Source: Patescibacteria group bacterium
GTDB lineage: Bacteria; Patescibacteriota; UBA1384; UBA12157; JAENIV01
Direction of reading: 5' to 3'
Length of the DNA: 64,000 nt
Assembly (NCBI GenBank): GCA_041666185.1
Contig: JBAYHL010000001.1
Span: 2,421 to 66,420 of the forward strand
The notes under the pieces were generated by a model. The model saw only the letters and a program-made list of their open reading frames with translations. It was not told where the DNA came from and made no database searches. Positions 20,524 through 29,919 of this stretch are shown one piece after another; the stretch's first letter is position 1, and each line of letters starts with the position of its first letter. Position numbers and translations under genes: made by a program.

Positions 20524-21039
20524 ATCAAAGAGTTAAAAATTAATCAAGAAATTAGCGCCGACAAGGTTATGCTTATTGACCACGAGGGTAAACCTCAAGG
20601 AGTTGTAGGCTTAGACCAGGCATTGTATCTGGCTTATGAAAATGAGCTTGATTTGGTTCAAGTTGGCTCATCAAATCCCCCTGTAGTCAAAATTATGGAT
20701 TATGGAAAATATCGTTATTCTCAAGAAAAACAAGAATCGAAACAAAAAGTTAAGTCTAAGGGACCAGAAATCAAAGAAGTTCGCTTGAGTTTAAAAATTA
20801 GTTCCCACGATCTGGATTTTAAAACTAAACAAGCCAAAAAATTCTTAAAAAATGGTGATAAAGTTAAAGTGACCGTCAAACTCATGGGAAGAGAAATGAT
20901 GTTTGCCAGCCGTGTCAGAGAAATTTTGGAAAATTTCCGAGCGCAGGCAGAGGGTGAATTTGAAGGGTCAGTCGAAAAACTAGGTAATCGTTTTTCAGCA
21001 ATCTTAAGAGGAAAAAATAATGAAGCAAAAAACAATTAA
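20524..21039 (+). CDS. infC: translation initiation factor IF-3 with non-AUG start (AUC at 20524, or AUU at 20539)
   Basis: INQEISADKVMLIDHEGKPQGVV...PPVVKIMDYGKY aligns with the IF-3 N-domain, and this homology extends upstream of the first ATG (20569). GAGGAAG SD lies 5 nt before 20524. Confidence 0.8.
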   Translation: MKELKINQEISADKVMLIDHEGKPQGVVGLDQALYLAYENELDLVQVGSSNPPVVKIMDYGKYRYSQEKQESKQKVKSKGPEIKEVRLSLKISSHDLDFKTKQAKKFLKNGDKVKVTVKLMGREMMFASRVREILENFRAQAEGEFEGSVEKLGNRFSAILRGKNNEAKNN

Positions 21040-21214
21040 AACAGCCGCCAAAAGAGTTACAAAAACAAAAAGCGGTTTAATACAAAGAAGAACACTTTCA
21101 GCTCAACATTTAACTCAAGGAAAGTCAAAAAGAGCTTTGAAAGCAAGCGGCAGACCACAAACTGTTTCTTCGGCTGATGTCAAAAATATTAAAAGAATGG
21201 TCCCTTATATTTAA
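21020..21214 (+). CDS. rpmI: 50S ribosomal protein L35
   Basis: Basic 64-aa protein matching the L35 pattern; overlaps the infC 3' end. Confidence 0.85.
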   Translation: MKQKTIKTAAKRVTKTKSGLIQRRTLSAQHLTQGKSKRALKASGRPQTVSSADVKNIKRMVPYI

Positions 21215-21234
21215 ATTTTGTTAATGGAGTTATT

Positions 21235-21582
21235 ATGCCTAGAGTAAAACGCGGTACAACCGTAAAAGCTAAACACAAAAAATTATTAAGCAATACTAAA
21301 GGTTTTCGTCATGGACGAAAAAATTTAGTAAAACTTGCCAGACAAGCTGATACCAAAGCTGGTCAATATGCTTACAGAGATCGTCGAACAAAAAAACGAG
21401 ACTTTCGACGACTTTGGATTATTCAAATTAACGCTGCTTGTAAATTAAATGATATTAAATACAGTGTATTTATAAATGGCTTAAAAGCTAAAGAAATTGA
21501 ACTCGATCGCAAAGTTCTTTCTCAAATTGCCCAGGAAAATCCAGATGAATTCAAGAAATTAGTAGAAAAAGTTAGAGCTTAA
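21235..21582 (+). CDS. rplT: 50S ribosomal protein L20
   Basis: MPRVKRG... L20 signature; completes the canonical infC-rpmI-rplT operon. Confidence 0.9.
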   Translation: MPRVKRGTTVKAKHKKLLSNTKGFRHGRKNLVKLARQADTKAGQYAYRDRRTKKRDFRRLWIIQINAACKLNDIKYSVFINGLKAKEIELDRKVLSQIAQENPDEFKKLVEKVRA

Positions 21583-21641
21583 ATCTTAAAAAAAACCCGG
21601 GAAATACAAAAATAGGTTACCAGAAGGTAGTCTATTTTTGT

Positions 21642-22325
21642 TTAAATTTCGAGTTCCAAGCCATCATAGGCCAAGGTGTATCTTTTATCACCAGTTGCTT
21701 GAACAAGCTTAACCATTTCCTTGTGAGATTTCCTATTATGACCATTATGAGAAAAGTAAATCTTTTTCAAATTCTTAAACGGTGTCGTAATAGCAATTAT
21801 TTCCTTCGTTGCTAAATGACCACCAAATGAACGATCGAAAATTGAACCATCTAAAATAGCGACTTTAACTTCCTTAAGATATTTTAAAGCTAAATTTAAA
21901 GACACACTGTCTGGAATGTAAACTATTTTTTCAGCAATCTCTAAACCAACAGTGGGGACAACGTTGGAATGAGGTACTTTAAAAGCGAAAAAATCTACCC
22001 CCAAAAGCTTAAAATGCTGTCCTGGCTTCATTCTTATAATTCTCAAGTCTCTATTAACCTGTAAAAGATACTTTAGCCCACCAACATGATCACTGTGTTC
22101 GTGGGTAATAATAATTGAATCTAAATTTGTAATTTGCGTATTTGTTAATTGTTTTAAAATATCTGGACCAGCATCAATTAAAATTTTATCGTTAATTAAA
22201 ATTGACGGTTGAAGTCTTTTATCTTTTTTATCCTTTGATTGGCACTGCAAACAATCGCAATCTTTCCTTGGAATAGATTGCCCGCTTGATGTGCCTAAAA
22301 ATTTTATTTTGTAACTCTTTAACAT
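21642..22325 (-). CDS. MBL-fold metallo-hydrolase
   Basis: HEHSDH motif; likely start at MLKSYKIKFLG (the track ORF extends to 22373). Confidence 0.75.
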   Translation of the reverse strand: MLKSYKIKFLGTSSGQSIPRKDCDCLQCQSKDKKDKRLQPSILINDKILIDAGPDILKQLTNTQITNLDSIIITHEHSDHVGGLKYLLQVNRDLRIIRMKPGQHFKLLGVDFFAFKVPHSNVVPTVGLEIAEKIVYIPDSVSLNLALKYLKEVKVAILDGSIFDRSFGGHLATKEIIAITTPFKNLKKIYFSHNGHNRKSHKEMVKLVQATGDKRYTLAYDGLELEI

Positions 22326-22335
22326 TATTTTAGTG

Positions 22336-22686
22336 CTATCTCTTCCGAAACTTGCGTGACGCACAAGTAACACAAATACTAGCAGCCGGATAGGCTTTCA
22401 GACGACCTTGTTCGATTTTGTCACCACATTCGTCACACTTACCATACTTACCTTTTTCAATTTTTACTAAAGCTTGCTTAGTATCACGAATGAGGTTTTT
22501 AAAATTTTTTTGCAAACTTAAATTTTCTTGAAATTTTTCTAGCTCTTGCACATTTTCGTCTTCAGACCTACCGTACTCGGGAAATTGTTTAGTTAATTTA
22601 TACTGTTCATTCAATCTTTCCAATTCTTTTGAAAGAATTTTTTTCTGTTTTATTATAAATAAACTATCCGAAATTTTTTCAAGCAT
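22336..22686 (-). CDS. DksA/TraR-family C4 zinc-finger protein
   Basis: CDECGDKI...CVTCA C4 finger, coiled-coil N-terminus. Confidence 0.75.
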   Translation of the reverse strand: MLEKISDSLFIIKQKKILSKELERLNEQYKLTKQFPEYGRSEDENVQELEKFQENLSLQKNFKNLIRDTKQALVKIEKGKYGKCDECGDKIEQGRLKAYPAASICVTCASRKFRKR

Positions 22687-23443
22687 CTTTTTCCCTTTCT
22701 CCGTTTAGTACGGAATTTTTTGACTTAGCTAGGAAATATTTAAAAATTAATATAATTAAAACAAAAATGAATAAACTTAAACTGGCTATTTGCCCGCCCC
22801 TTAGAAAATAAAAAATATTCTCTTCCCTTATAAAGTCGATTGCAAATCTACCTAAAGCATAACCACCTACCCCAACAAAGAAAATAAATCCATCACCAAA
22901 TTTTTTAATAAAATTAAAATGAGATAAATATAATAATGCGCCTGCTAAAACAAAGACCCAGATCGCCTCAAAAAGACTAACTGGTATTTCGCCTTGAATT
23001 GCCAACCAACTGTCTGAAATTATTCCCGGAGTGTCGCCAGAGAGAAAACAACCTATTCGACCAAAACCCCAACCAAACAATAAACCAATTATTCCAACAT
23101 CAAACCATTTTAAAATATTTTGTTTTCTACGTTTTAAAATCAACCAGGCTGCAAGAAATCCAAAAATAAGACCGCCAAAGGAAACTAAGCCACCATACCA
23201 AATAAAAAACATTTCATGCCAATTTTGAAATTGATAATAATACAAAACAACATAAGCAATTCTTGCACCAATAAGTCCAGCAAACAAAGAAAAAACTATC
23301 AAATCAAATAAAAACTTTGTTGGTAATTTTTCTCTCCGAGCAAGACCAAAAATAGTCAAGCCGCCTACTAAACAACCAATGGCGATCATTAAACCATGAG
23401 TGTAAAAATTTACTTGTCCAATACTAAAAAGAATCGGATACAC
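22679..23443 (-). CDS. lgt: prolipoprotein diacylglyceryl transferase
   Basis: Lgt signature GGLIFG, multiple TM helices, conserved N-terminal MYPILFSIG. Confidence 0.85.
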   Translation of the reverse strand: MYPILFSIGQVNFYTHGLMIAIGCLVGGLTIFGLARREKLPTKFLFDLIVFSLFAGLIGARIAYVVLYYYQFQNWHEMFFIWYGGLVSFGGLIFGFLAAWLILKRRKQNILKWFDVGIIGLLFGWGFGRIGCFLSGDTPGIISDSWLAIQGEIPVSLFEAIWVFVLAGALLYLSHFNFIKKFGDGFIFFVGVGGYALGRFAIDFIREENIFYFLRGGQIASLSLFIFVLIILIFKYFLAKSKNSVLNGEREKDA

Positions 23444-23574
23444 CTGTTCCTCCTAGAATTTGTTTTAATATTGATTTCATCTTGATTATCGTCTTTCAGA
23501 GGGTAAATGTCAATTATAAAGTTGAAAGATTGTTAAATTTCATTTAGAATGCAAAAAAGAGATATTTTTGATGT

Positions 23575-23650
23575 GGGACAATTAGCTCAGCGGTAGAGCG
23601 CTTCGTTCACATCGAAGAAGTCGCTGGTTCGAATCCAGCATTGTCCACCA
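23575..23650 (+). tRNA. tRNA-Val (anticodon CAC), CCA encoded
   Basis: Cloverleaf: GGGACAA acceptor, anticodon loop UUCACAU, T-loop GUUCGAAUC. Confidence 0.85.
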
Positions 23651-23737
23651 CTTCGTCCCATTAAACGGGACTCAGTGTAAACTAAGTTTGCACTGCATAT
23701 AATTTATTAAGTTTACATTGAGGAGTTTAGCGACGAA

Positions 23738-24526
23738 ATGAAATATTTTATCATTGCTCTTATTAACAGTGTTTACGGCATCTTACTCTTAGCAACTCTA
23801 AGCCGCGAAACGGCTGGTTTCTATTTAGTTATTTTTATTGGATTGGTTTTGACAATTTTAGGTTTTATTGGTCTTGGCTTATGGTTTTGGAAAACAATTT
23901 GTAGTGGCAAAAGCTGTGATCAATCGACTGTTTTGAAAAATTGGTTTCAAGTTGCTAAAAGTATTGATGTCTTGTTGGTTATTGGCTTACTGTTTCGCAG
24001 TTTTGTTCTTCAACCATTTCTAGTTGAAGGTAATTCAATGGAACCAAACTATCATAATAAAGAATTTCTTCTCGTAGATAGAATTACTTACGAATTTCGT
24101 AAACCTAATCGAGGAGAAGTAATTATTTTTCGTTTTCCTAAAAATCCATCGGAAGATTACATTAAAAGAATTATCGGTTTACCCGGCGATAATATTAAAA
24201 TTGAAAATAGTCAGGTTTTTATTAATAATGTCTTATCATCGGAAAACTATCTTTCGCCTGGCACACAAACCGACATTGACGCAAGCACTTCAAACAGTCT
24301 TAATACCACTCTAAAACAAGGTGAATATTTTGTTTTGGGTGATAACCGTAACGCTTCTTCCGATTCAAGAGAATGGGGCACTGTACCGGAAAAAAATATT
24401 ATTGGTCGAACATGGTTTGTTGTCTTTCCTATTAAAAATTTTGGTAAAATTAATAATCCCCAGATTTCTTTTAATAACGATTTTATTTTGAGTTCTCTTG
24501 TAAACACAAAAAGCTTCATTAACTAA
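23738..24526 (+). CDS. lepB: signal peptidase I with extended N-terminal TM region
   Basis: Catalytic GNSMEPN (Ser box), box D/E GDNRNASSDSR. Confidence 0.85.
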   Translation: MKYFIIALINSVYGILLLATLSRETAGFYLVIFIGLVLTILGFIGLGLWFWKTICSGKSCDQSTVLKNWFQVAKSIDVLLVIGLLFRSFVLQPFLVEGNSMEPNYHNKEFLLVDRITYEFRKPNRGEVIIFRFPKNPSEDYIKRIIGLPGDNIKIENSQVFINNVLSSENYLSPGTQTDIDASTSNSLNTTLKQGEYFVLGDNRNASSDSREWGTVPEKNIIGRTWFVVFPIKNFGKINNPQISFNNDFILSSLVNTKSFIN

Positions 24527-24561
24527 TTCGCTCTTCTTGTTTTCTCTGTGATACAATAAAA

Positions 24562-25458
24562 ATGAATTTTATCATGAAGGAATGTTATTTATACAAAACA
24601 GAGGGTGATTATATTCAATGTCAAACCTGTAGTCACCGTTGCAGAATCGCTCCTTTTAAAAGAGGTATTTGTGGTGTACGAGAAAATCAACATGGTAAAC
24701 TCTATCTCTTAATTTACGGCCGCATTATTGCTGAGAACATTGATCCAATCGAAAAGAAGCCTCTTTACCACTTCATGCCAAAAACAAAAACACTCTCAAT
24801 CGCTACTGTTGGTTGTAATTTTCGTTGTGCATGGTGTCAAAATTTCGATATTTCGCAATGCCCCAAAGATAACGCTAACCGCACAGAAATTACTAACAAA
24901 ATAGGGGTTGAAATGGAACCCACTCAAATTGTTGAAGACGCTTTAAAAAATAAATGCCCATCAATTTCTTACACTTATACCGAACCAACAATTTTTTTAG
25001 AGCTTGCTCTTGATACAATGAAATTAGCTAAAAAAGAAGGGTTGAAAAATATTTGGGTTTCCAATGGCTATATGACCAAGGAAACTTTGGATCTAATTTC
25101 ACCATATCTAGATGCTATCAATATCGATTTAAAAGGTTTTAATGAAGAAAAATATCAAAAATTTACTGGAGGCAAACTCCAACCTGTTCTAGAAAATATT
25201 GAAGAAATTTATAAACGAAAAATTCATCTGGAAGTTACAACTTTAATTGTTCCAGGAGTTAACGATGAGGAGCAAGAATTGCGACAAATCGCCAAATTTT
25301 TAGCAAAAATTTCTCCAGAAATTCCCTGGCATATTTCTCGTTTTTTCCCAAGCTTTAAAATGCCAAACGCTCCCCTAACACCAGCAGAAACTCTAAAACT
25401 TGCTGAAAAACTTGGCAAAGATGCCGGATTAAAGTATATTCACATTGGTAATATTTGA
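24562..25458 (+). CDS. amrS: AmmeMemoRadiSam system radical SAM enzyme
   Basis: N-terminal CxxCxHRC cluster and CNFRCAWC radical-SAM motif; PFL-activase-like. Confidence 0.8.
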   Translation: MNFIMKECYLYKTEGDYIQCQTCSHRCRIAPFKRGICGVRENQHGKLYLLIYGRIIAENIDPIEKKPLYHFMPKTKTLSIATVGCNFRCAWCQNFDISQCPKDNANRTEITNKIGVEMEPTQIVEDALKNKCPSISYTYTEPTIFLELALDTMKLAKKEGLKNIWVSNGYMTKETLDLISPYLDAINIDLKGFNEEKYQKFTGGKLQPVLENIEEIYKRKIHLEVTTLIVPGVNDEEQELRQIAKFLAKISPEIPWHISRFFPSFKMPNAPLTPAETLKLAEKLGKDAGLKYIHIGNI

Positions 25459-25477
25459 TCACGTTACAAGGAGTTAA

Positions 25478-26290
25478 ATGTCATTAAATTTCGCGGCTAT
25501 TTCGCCTCATCCACCAATTATTATTCCTGGTGTTGGTAATAATGAAGATTTGCAACAAGCCGCTTTAACAGTCCAAGCAATGAAAAGAATGGCTTTTGCT
25601 TTTCAAAAAGCCGAAATCGATACCTTGATTATCATTTCACCTCACATGCTAATTTACCCTGATAAATTTAATATCTGTGGTATGAAAAAACTGTTTGGTT
25701 CTTTTGCTAATACTGGCGCTCCTGATATTATGGTTGAAGGAAACAACAATCTCGACTTAGCTTACGAAATCGACAAACATGGTAATTTAGAAGATATAAA
25801 AACACTTCTTTACAATAACGACGGTGAATTTTTTGAACTTGACCACGGAACTATGGTGCCTTTATTTTATTTAAATGCTCTCAAGGAATCTTCTTTTAAA
25901 ATTATTCCTATTGCTTATTCTAATTTATCTCGAGCAGCCCATTTTTCTTTTGGCCAAATGATATACGAAATTATTAAAAATTATCCAGGCAGAGTAGGAG
26001 TTATCGCTTCCGGTGACCTTTCGCATCGTCTAAATCACGGCAATTATGAAGAAACAAAAGCTGGTGAAAATTTTGATAAAAAAATTGTCAGTGATTTGCA
26101 AGAAGGAAATGCCAAAGATTTGCTTTATTACGACGAAGAATTTGTTGAGCTTGCCGGTGAATGTGGCTACCGATCAATTTTAATTCTTTTAGGAATTCTT
26201 TCTGAGCTCAACTCAACACCAGAAATACTTTCTTATGAAGGCCCATTTGGTGTTGGCTACTTAGTCGCTAATTACAAATTTAATAATTAA
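25478..26290 (+). CDS. amrB: AmmeMemoRadiSam system protein B (Memo/LigB-like class III extradiol dioxygenase fold)
   Basis: ISPHPPIIIPGVG N-terminus and a His-containing motif typical of the Memo1/LigB family. Confidence 0.7.
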   Translation: MSLNFAAISPHPPIIIPGVGNNEDLQQAALTVQAMKRMAFAFQKAEIDTLIIISPHMLIYPDKFNICGMKKLFGSFANTGAPDIMVEGNNNLDLAYEIDKHGNLEDIKTLLYNNDGEFFELDHGTMVPLFYLNALKESSFKIIPIAYSNLSRAAHFSFGQMIYEIIKNYPGRVGVIASGDLSHRLNHGNYEETKAGENFDKKIVSDLQEGNAKDLLYYDEEFVELAGECGYRSILILLGILSELNSTPEILSYEGPFGVGYLVANYKFNN

Positions 26291-26299
26291 TAAAAAAAT

Positions 26300-26818
26300 A
26301 TGGATATTTATACAGAACTTGCTAAAAAAACAATTCAACAATATCTTAAAAACGAAAGCTTACCAGAAACAAAAGATTTACCAAAAGATCTTTTAAGTAA
26401 ACGCGCTGGTTGCTTTGTTTCTTTGCACTCTAAAAAAGATAAGAGTCTTCGCGGCTGCATTGGAACAATTTTACCGGTTTATAAAAATTTGGCTGGTGAA
26501 ATTATAAGCAATACTGTTGCCGCTTGTCACGATTCACGTTTTAAACCTGTTTCGGTAAAAGAAATTAACGATTTGGATATCCAAGTTGATATTCTATCAG
26601 AGCCAGAACATATACTTTCCCAAAAATCTCTCAATCCTAAAAAATACGGTGTTATTGTTAAAGCTAATGATGGCCGAACAGGATTGCTGCTACCAGATTT
26701 AGAAGAAATTAATGACGTTAGCTACCAAATTGCCGTTGCTCGCCAAAAAGCCGGCATTACCCCAGAAGAATTAGTGTATTTATATAGATTTACCGTCGAA
26801 AGACACAAGGGCAACTAA
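26300..26818 (+). CDS. amrA: AmmeMemoRadiSam system protein A (AMMECR1 domain)
   Basis: LRGCIGT motif of AMMECR1. Confidence 0.8.
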   Translation: MDIYTELAKKTIQQYLKNESLPETKDLPKDLLSKRAGCFVSLHSKKDKSLRGCIGTILPVYKNLAGEIISNTVAACHDSRFKPVSVKEINDLDIQVDILSEPEHILSQKSLNPKKYGVIVKANDGRTGLLLPDLEEINDVSYQIAVARQKAGITPEELVYLYRFTVERHKGN

Positions 26819-28635
26819 TGCAAATTGCTCAAGTTGTTCCAAAAGCCAAAACTTTAAATACAGATGTTTTTGACTATTCTATCCCCCCCGAACTCTTACC
26901 CCAAATTCGACCAGGATTACTAGTCGAAATTCCTTTTCACGGACGAAAAATTGAAGGAATAATTATTAATTTAAAAAGATCTTCCCACATCCCTCGCCTT
27001 CTACCTATTATCTCCGTCATTGATCCCGAACCAGTTGTTGATAAAACCCATATTAGACTGGCAGAGTGGATGTCTAATTATTATTTAATTCCTTTAGGCA
27101 AAACCCTCTTTGAAAATATTGTCCCACCAGCTAAAAGAACAATTAAAAACCTTACTAAAGAAGAAAAACCATTAACAATTGCTAAGGTAGTTAAAAAAAA
27201 TAAATATCAGAAAAGTCGTAAATATTTAATTGTGGCTGATTTCAATCACCGTTTAAAATTTTACTTGCAAGCTATTGAAAAGACCTTAGCTCAAAAAAAG
27301 CAAGTTCTAATTTTAATTCCAGACCTTGGAATGCTTCATTTCTTTACAAAATCATTACCACAAGCTAACTTGGGTTTTATCCATTCGCAAATGACTAAAA
27401 CCCAAAGATGGTTAGAATGGGAAAAAATTCGACAAGGAAAAACCAAAATTATCATTGGTTCACAGTCAGCAATTTTTGCGCCAACAAATAATTTAGGCTT
27501 GATAATTATCGATCAAGAAGAAAATGAAACTTATAAAAATGACCGGTCACCTCGCTTTCATGTTGTTAATGTTGCTGAAGAACTATCTAAATTGACGGCC
27601 GTAACTTTAGTTATTGGTTCCCTAACGCCTAGGGTTGAAACTTATTTTAAAGCACTTAAAAATATCTATACTTTGAAAAAAATTGAAGAAAAACCCCGGT
27701 CAATTACTATTGTAGACATGAATAATCAGCATCAAGCCGTAAGTCTGCCCTTACAACAAAAAGTTGAAGAAAATTTAAAACTTAAGAAAAAAATTATTTT
27801 AGTTCTAAATCGAAAAGGCGAAGGTATAAAGTATGCTTGTCCAGACTGTCACTGGACAGCGACATGTGAAAAATGTGGAATGCCTTTAACGCCACAAGAG
27901 GATAGATTATTTTGTTTTAGATGCGAAAAAAGTGTTCTACCTCCTCAAAAATGCCCTAAATGCCAAAGCGTTCATCTTAAACCATTTGGTTTAGGTACTC
28001 GTAGATTAGAAAAAATCCTCAAAAATCTTTGGAACAAAGCAAGTATTGTTCGGATTGAAGATGAAAAACAATTCGAATTTAAAAAAAACCAATGGGATAT
28101 TGCTATTGTTACTTCTTACGCTCTAAAATTTAACCTCCCACCAATCGGCTTGTCAGGAATTATTGATGCTGATCAAGGTTTTAATTTTCCAGACTTTCGG
28201 TCAGCCGAAAAAACCTTTCAAAATTTATATAAATTTTTAAAAATAGGCGGGGAGGGAATAATTCAAACGCATTCCCCAGATAACCCAACAATTTCTGCTC
28301 TCGCTAAATTAAGTTATGAAAATTTTTTTACTAACGAATTATCTGTAAGACAAACTTTTGATTTCCCGCCTTTTGTGCAACTTATTCGCCTACTTTACAA
28401 AAACGTTACCAAAGAAAATACCCAAAAAGAAACCGAAAGAGTCTCTAAATTACTTGAAAATATTGTTTCTATTCTTGGACCAACGCCAGCTTTTATTGAA
28501 AGGAAGCGAGGATATTACTGTTGGCAAATTTTGATTAAAATTCAGAGACAAAAGCAATTAGAAGAAATTAAAAACATTCTTACACTACTTCCACAAGGTT
28601 GGGTAGTTGATGTTGACCCCATTAATTTACTATAA
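26818..28635 (+). CDS. priA: primosomal protein N' (PriA) homologue with degenerate Walker A/B
   Basis: PriA-like zinc-binding cluster (CPDCHW...CEKCG...CFRCE...CPKCQ), 3'BD-like N-terminus, YLQAIEKTLAQKKQVLILIPD; Walker A is replaced by ADFNHRLK and DEEH by DQEE. Confidence 0.65.
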   Translation: MQIAQVVPKAKTLNTDVFDYSIPPELLPQIRPGLLVEIPFHGRKIEGIIINLKRSSHIPRLLPIISVIDPEPVVDKTHIRLAEWMSNYYLIPLGKTLFENIVPPAKRTIKNLTKEEKPLTIAKVVKKNKYQKSRKYLIVADFNHRLKFYLQAIEKTLAQKKQVLILIPDLGMLHFFTKSLPQANLGFIHSQMTKTQRWLEWEKIRQGKTKIIIGSQSAIFAPTNNLGLIIIDQEENETYKNDRSPRFHVVNVAEELSKLTAVTLVIGSLTPRVETYFKALKNIYTLKKIEEKPRSITIVDMNNQHQAVSLPLQQKVEENLKLKKKIILVLNRKGEGIKYACPDCHWTATCEKCGMPLTPQEDRLFCFRCEKSVLPPQKCPKCQSVHLKPFGLGTRRLEKILKNLWNKASIVRIEDEKQFEFKKNQWDIAIVTSYALKFNLPPIGLSGIIDADQGFNFPDFRSAEKTFQNLYKFLKIGGEGIIQTHSPDNPTISALAKLSYENFFTNELSVRQTFDFPPFVQLIRLLYKNVTKENTQKETERVSKLLENIVSILGPTPAFIERKRGYYCWQILIKIQRQKQLEEIKNILTLLPQGWVVDVDPINLL

Positions 28636-28645
28636 CGCAATCAGA

Positions 28646-28713
28646 ATTGCGATATATCGCTGGAAAGCGTTATAGCACAACCGCATTGTGATATATCGCT
28701 GGAAAGCGTTATA
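28646..28713. repeat. two 29-bp direct repeats (ATTG[C/T]GATATATCGCTGGAAAGCGTTATA) 10 bp apart, each able to pair with upstream TATAACGC
   Basis: Copies at 28646-28674 and 28685-28713; located ahead of the glycosyltransferase gene. Confidence 0.6.
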
Positions 28714-28767
28714 ATTATAGGTAGCATAAGAAAATAAAAATGAAACCTTCGGAGGGGAGGGATTAGT

Positions 28768-29919
28768 TTGCGTATTGGCATTTTTACTGAATGTTATCAC
28801 CCGATTTTAAATGGCGTGGTTGTTTCTATTGATACTTTTAAAAGTGAACTAGAAAAGCGTGGCCATAAGTTTTTTATTTTCGCGCCTTCAAATAGTAAGT
28901 GCGAGGATAACCCTATTAATGTCTTTCGGTACCCAGCGCTTCCTTGGCCAAAAGACTATCCTTTAGCTTTCCCCTATCTAGCACCTTTACAACAAGCTCG
29001 AATTCAAGATTTAAGGCTAGATATTGTTCATACCCAACATATGTTTACTATGGGAAGATTAGGGTTAAGACTCTCTCGAAAATTAAATATTCCTATTGTT
29101 CACACTTACCACACTTTGATTTCCGAATATGTTCACTATGTTCCTCTTGTGCCCAAAAGCTTAACAAAGGCAGCTATCATCCATCTTACAAGGAATTACT
29201 GCAATAACTGCGATCAGATTGTTACTCCTTCACCTTCAATGCAAAAGATATTACGTTCTTATGGTGTCAAAAAACCAATTGAGGCCATTCCAACAGGAGT
29301 TTATTTAGAGAACCTTGCTGACCCTTACCATAAAGAGGTTTTGAAAACTAAATGGCAAATTCCAGAAAATAAAAAAATCCTTCTTTATGTTAGTCGAGTT
29401 GCTAAGGAAAAAAACCTTGATTTTCTTTTTCGAGTAATCAAAAAGTTGTCCGCAAAAAGGCAAGATTTCCACTTGTTAGTAGTAGGCGGTGGACCAGAAC
29501 TTGAACACTATCAAAACTTAGTTAAGACTCAGGAATTGTCTTCTTATGTTACCTTCACTGGTATGCAAGAAAAAAAGAAAGCTAATCGATTTTTTGGCGC
29601 TGCAGATATTTTTGTTTTTCCTTCTATTACGGAAACACAGGGAATTGTCATCACTGAAGCAATGGCCGCTGGCATTCCTGCTGTTGCAATAAATAAAATG
29701 GGACCATCTGATATTATTAAAGACGGTGTTGATGGTTTCCTCACACCATTGAATGTTGAAACCTTTTCTGCTAGAATAGAATCTCTTTTAGAAAACAGTG
29801 ATTTAAGAAAAACTTTCAGTCGCAACGCTAAAGAAAATGCGGAGAAATTTTCTGCCAAAGCATGCGCTGACAAAATGGAAAAACTTTATGAAAAAACAAT
29901 TAGTTACCATTCCGAATAA
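28768..29919 (+). CDS. GT4-family glycosyltransferase (TTG start)
   Basis: EX7E-type motif (ETQGIVITEAMAAGIPAVA), GGAGGGGAGGG SD. Confidence 0.8.
   Translation: MRIGIFTECYHPILNGVVVSIDTFKSELEKRGHKFFIFAPSNSKCEDNPINVFRYPALPWPKDYPLAFPYLAPLQQARIQDLRLDIVHTQHMFTMGRLGLRLSRKLNIPIVHTYHTLISEYVHYVPLVPKSLTKAAIIHLTRNYCNNCDQIVTPSPSMQKILRSYGVKKPIEAIPTGVYLENLADPYHKEVLKTKWQIPENKKILLYVSRVAKEKNLDFLFRVIKKLSAKRQDFHLLVVGGGPELEHYQNLVKTQELSSYVTFTGMQEKKKANRFFGAADIFVFPSITETQGIVITEAMAAGIPAVAINKMGPSDIIKDGVDGFLTPLNVETFSARIESLLENSDLRKTFSRNAKENAEKFSAKACADKMEKLYEKTISYHSE

Noticed and set aside
28646-28713. Possible CRISPR array
   Set aside because: Only two repeat copies separated by 10 bp and no cas genes; more consistent with regulatory repeats.
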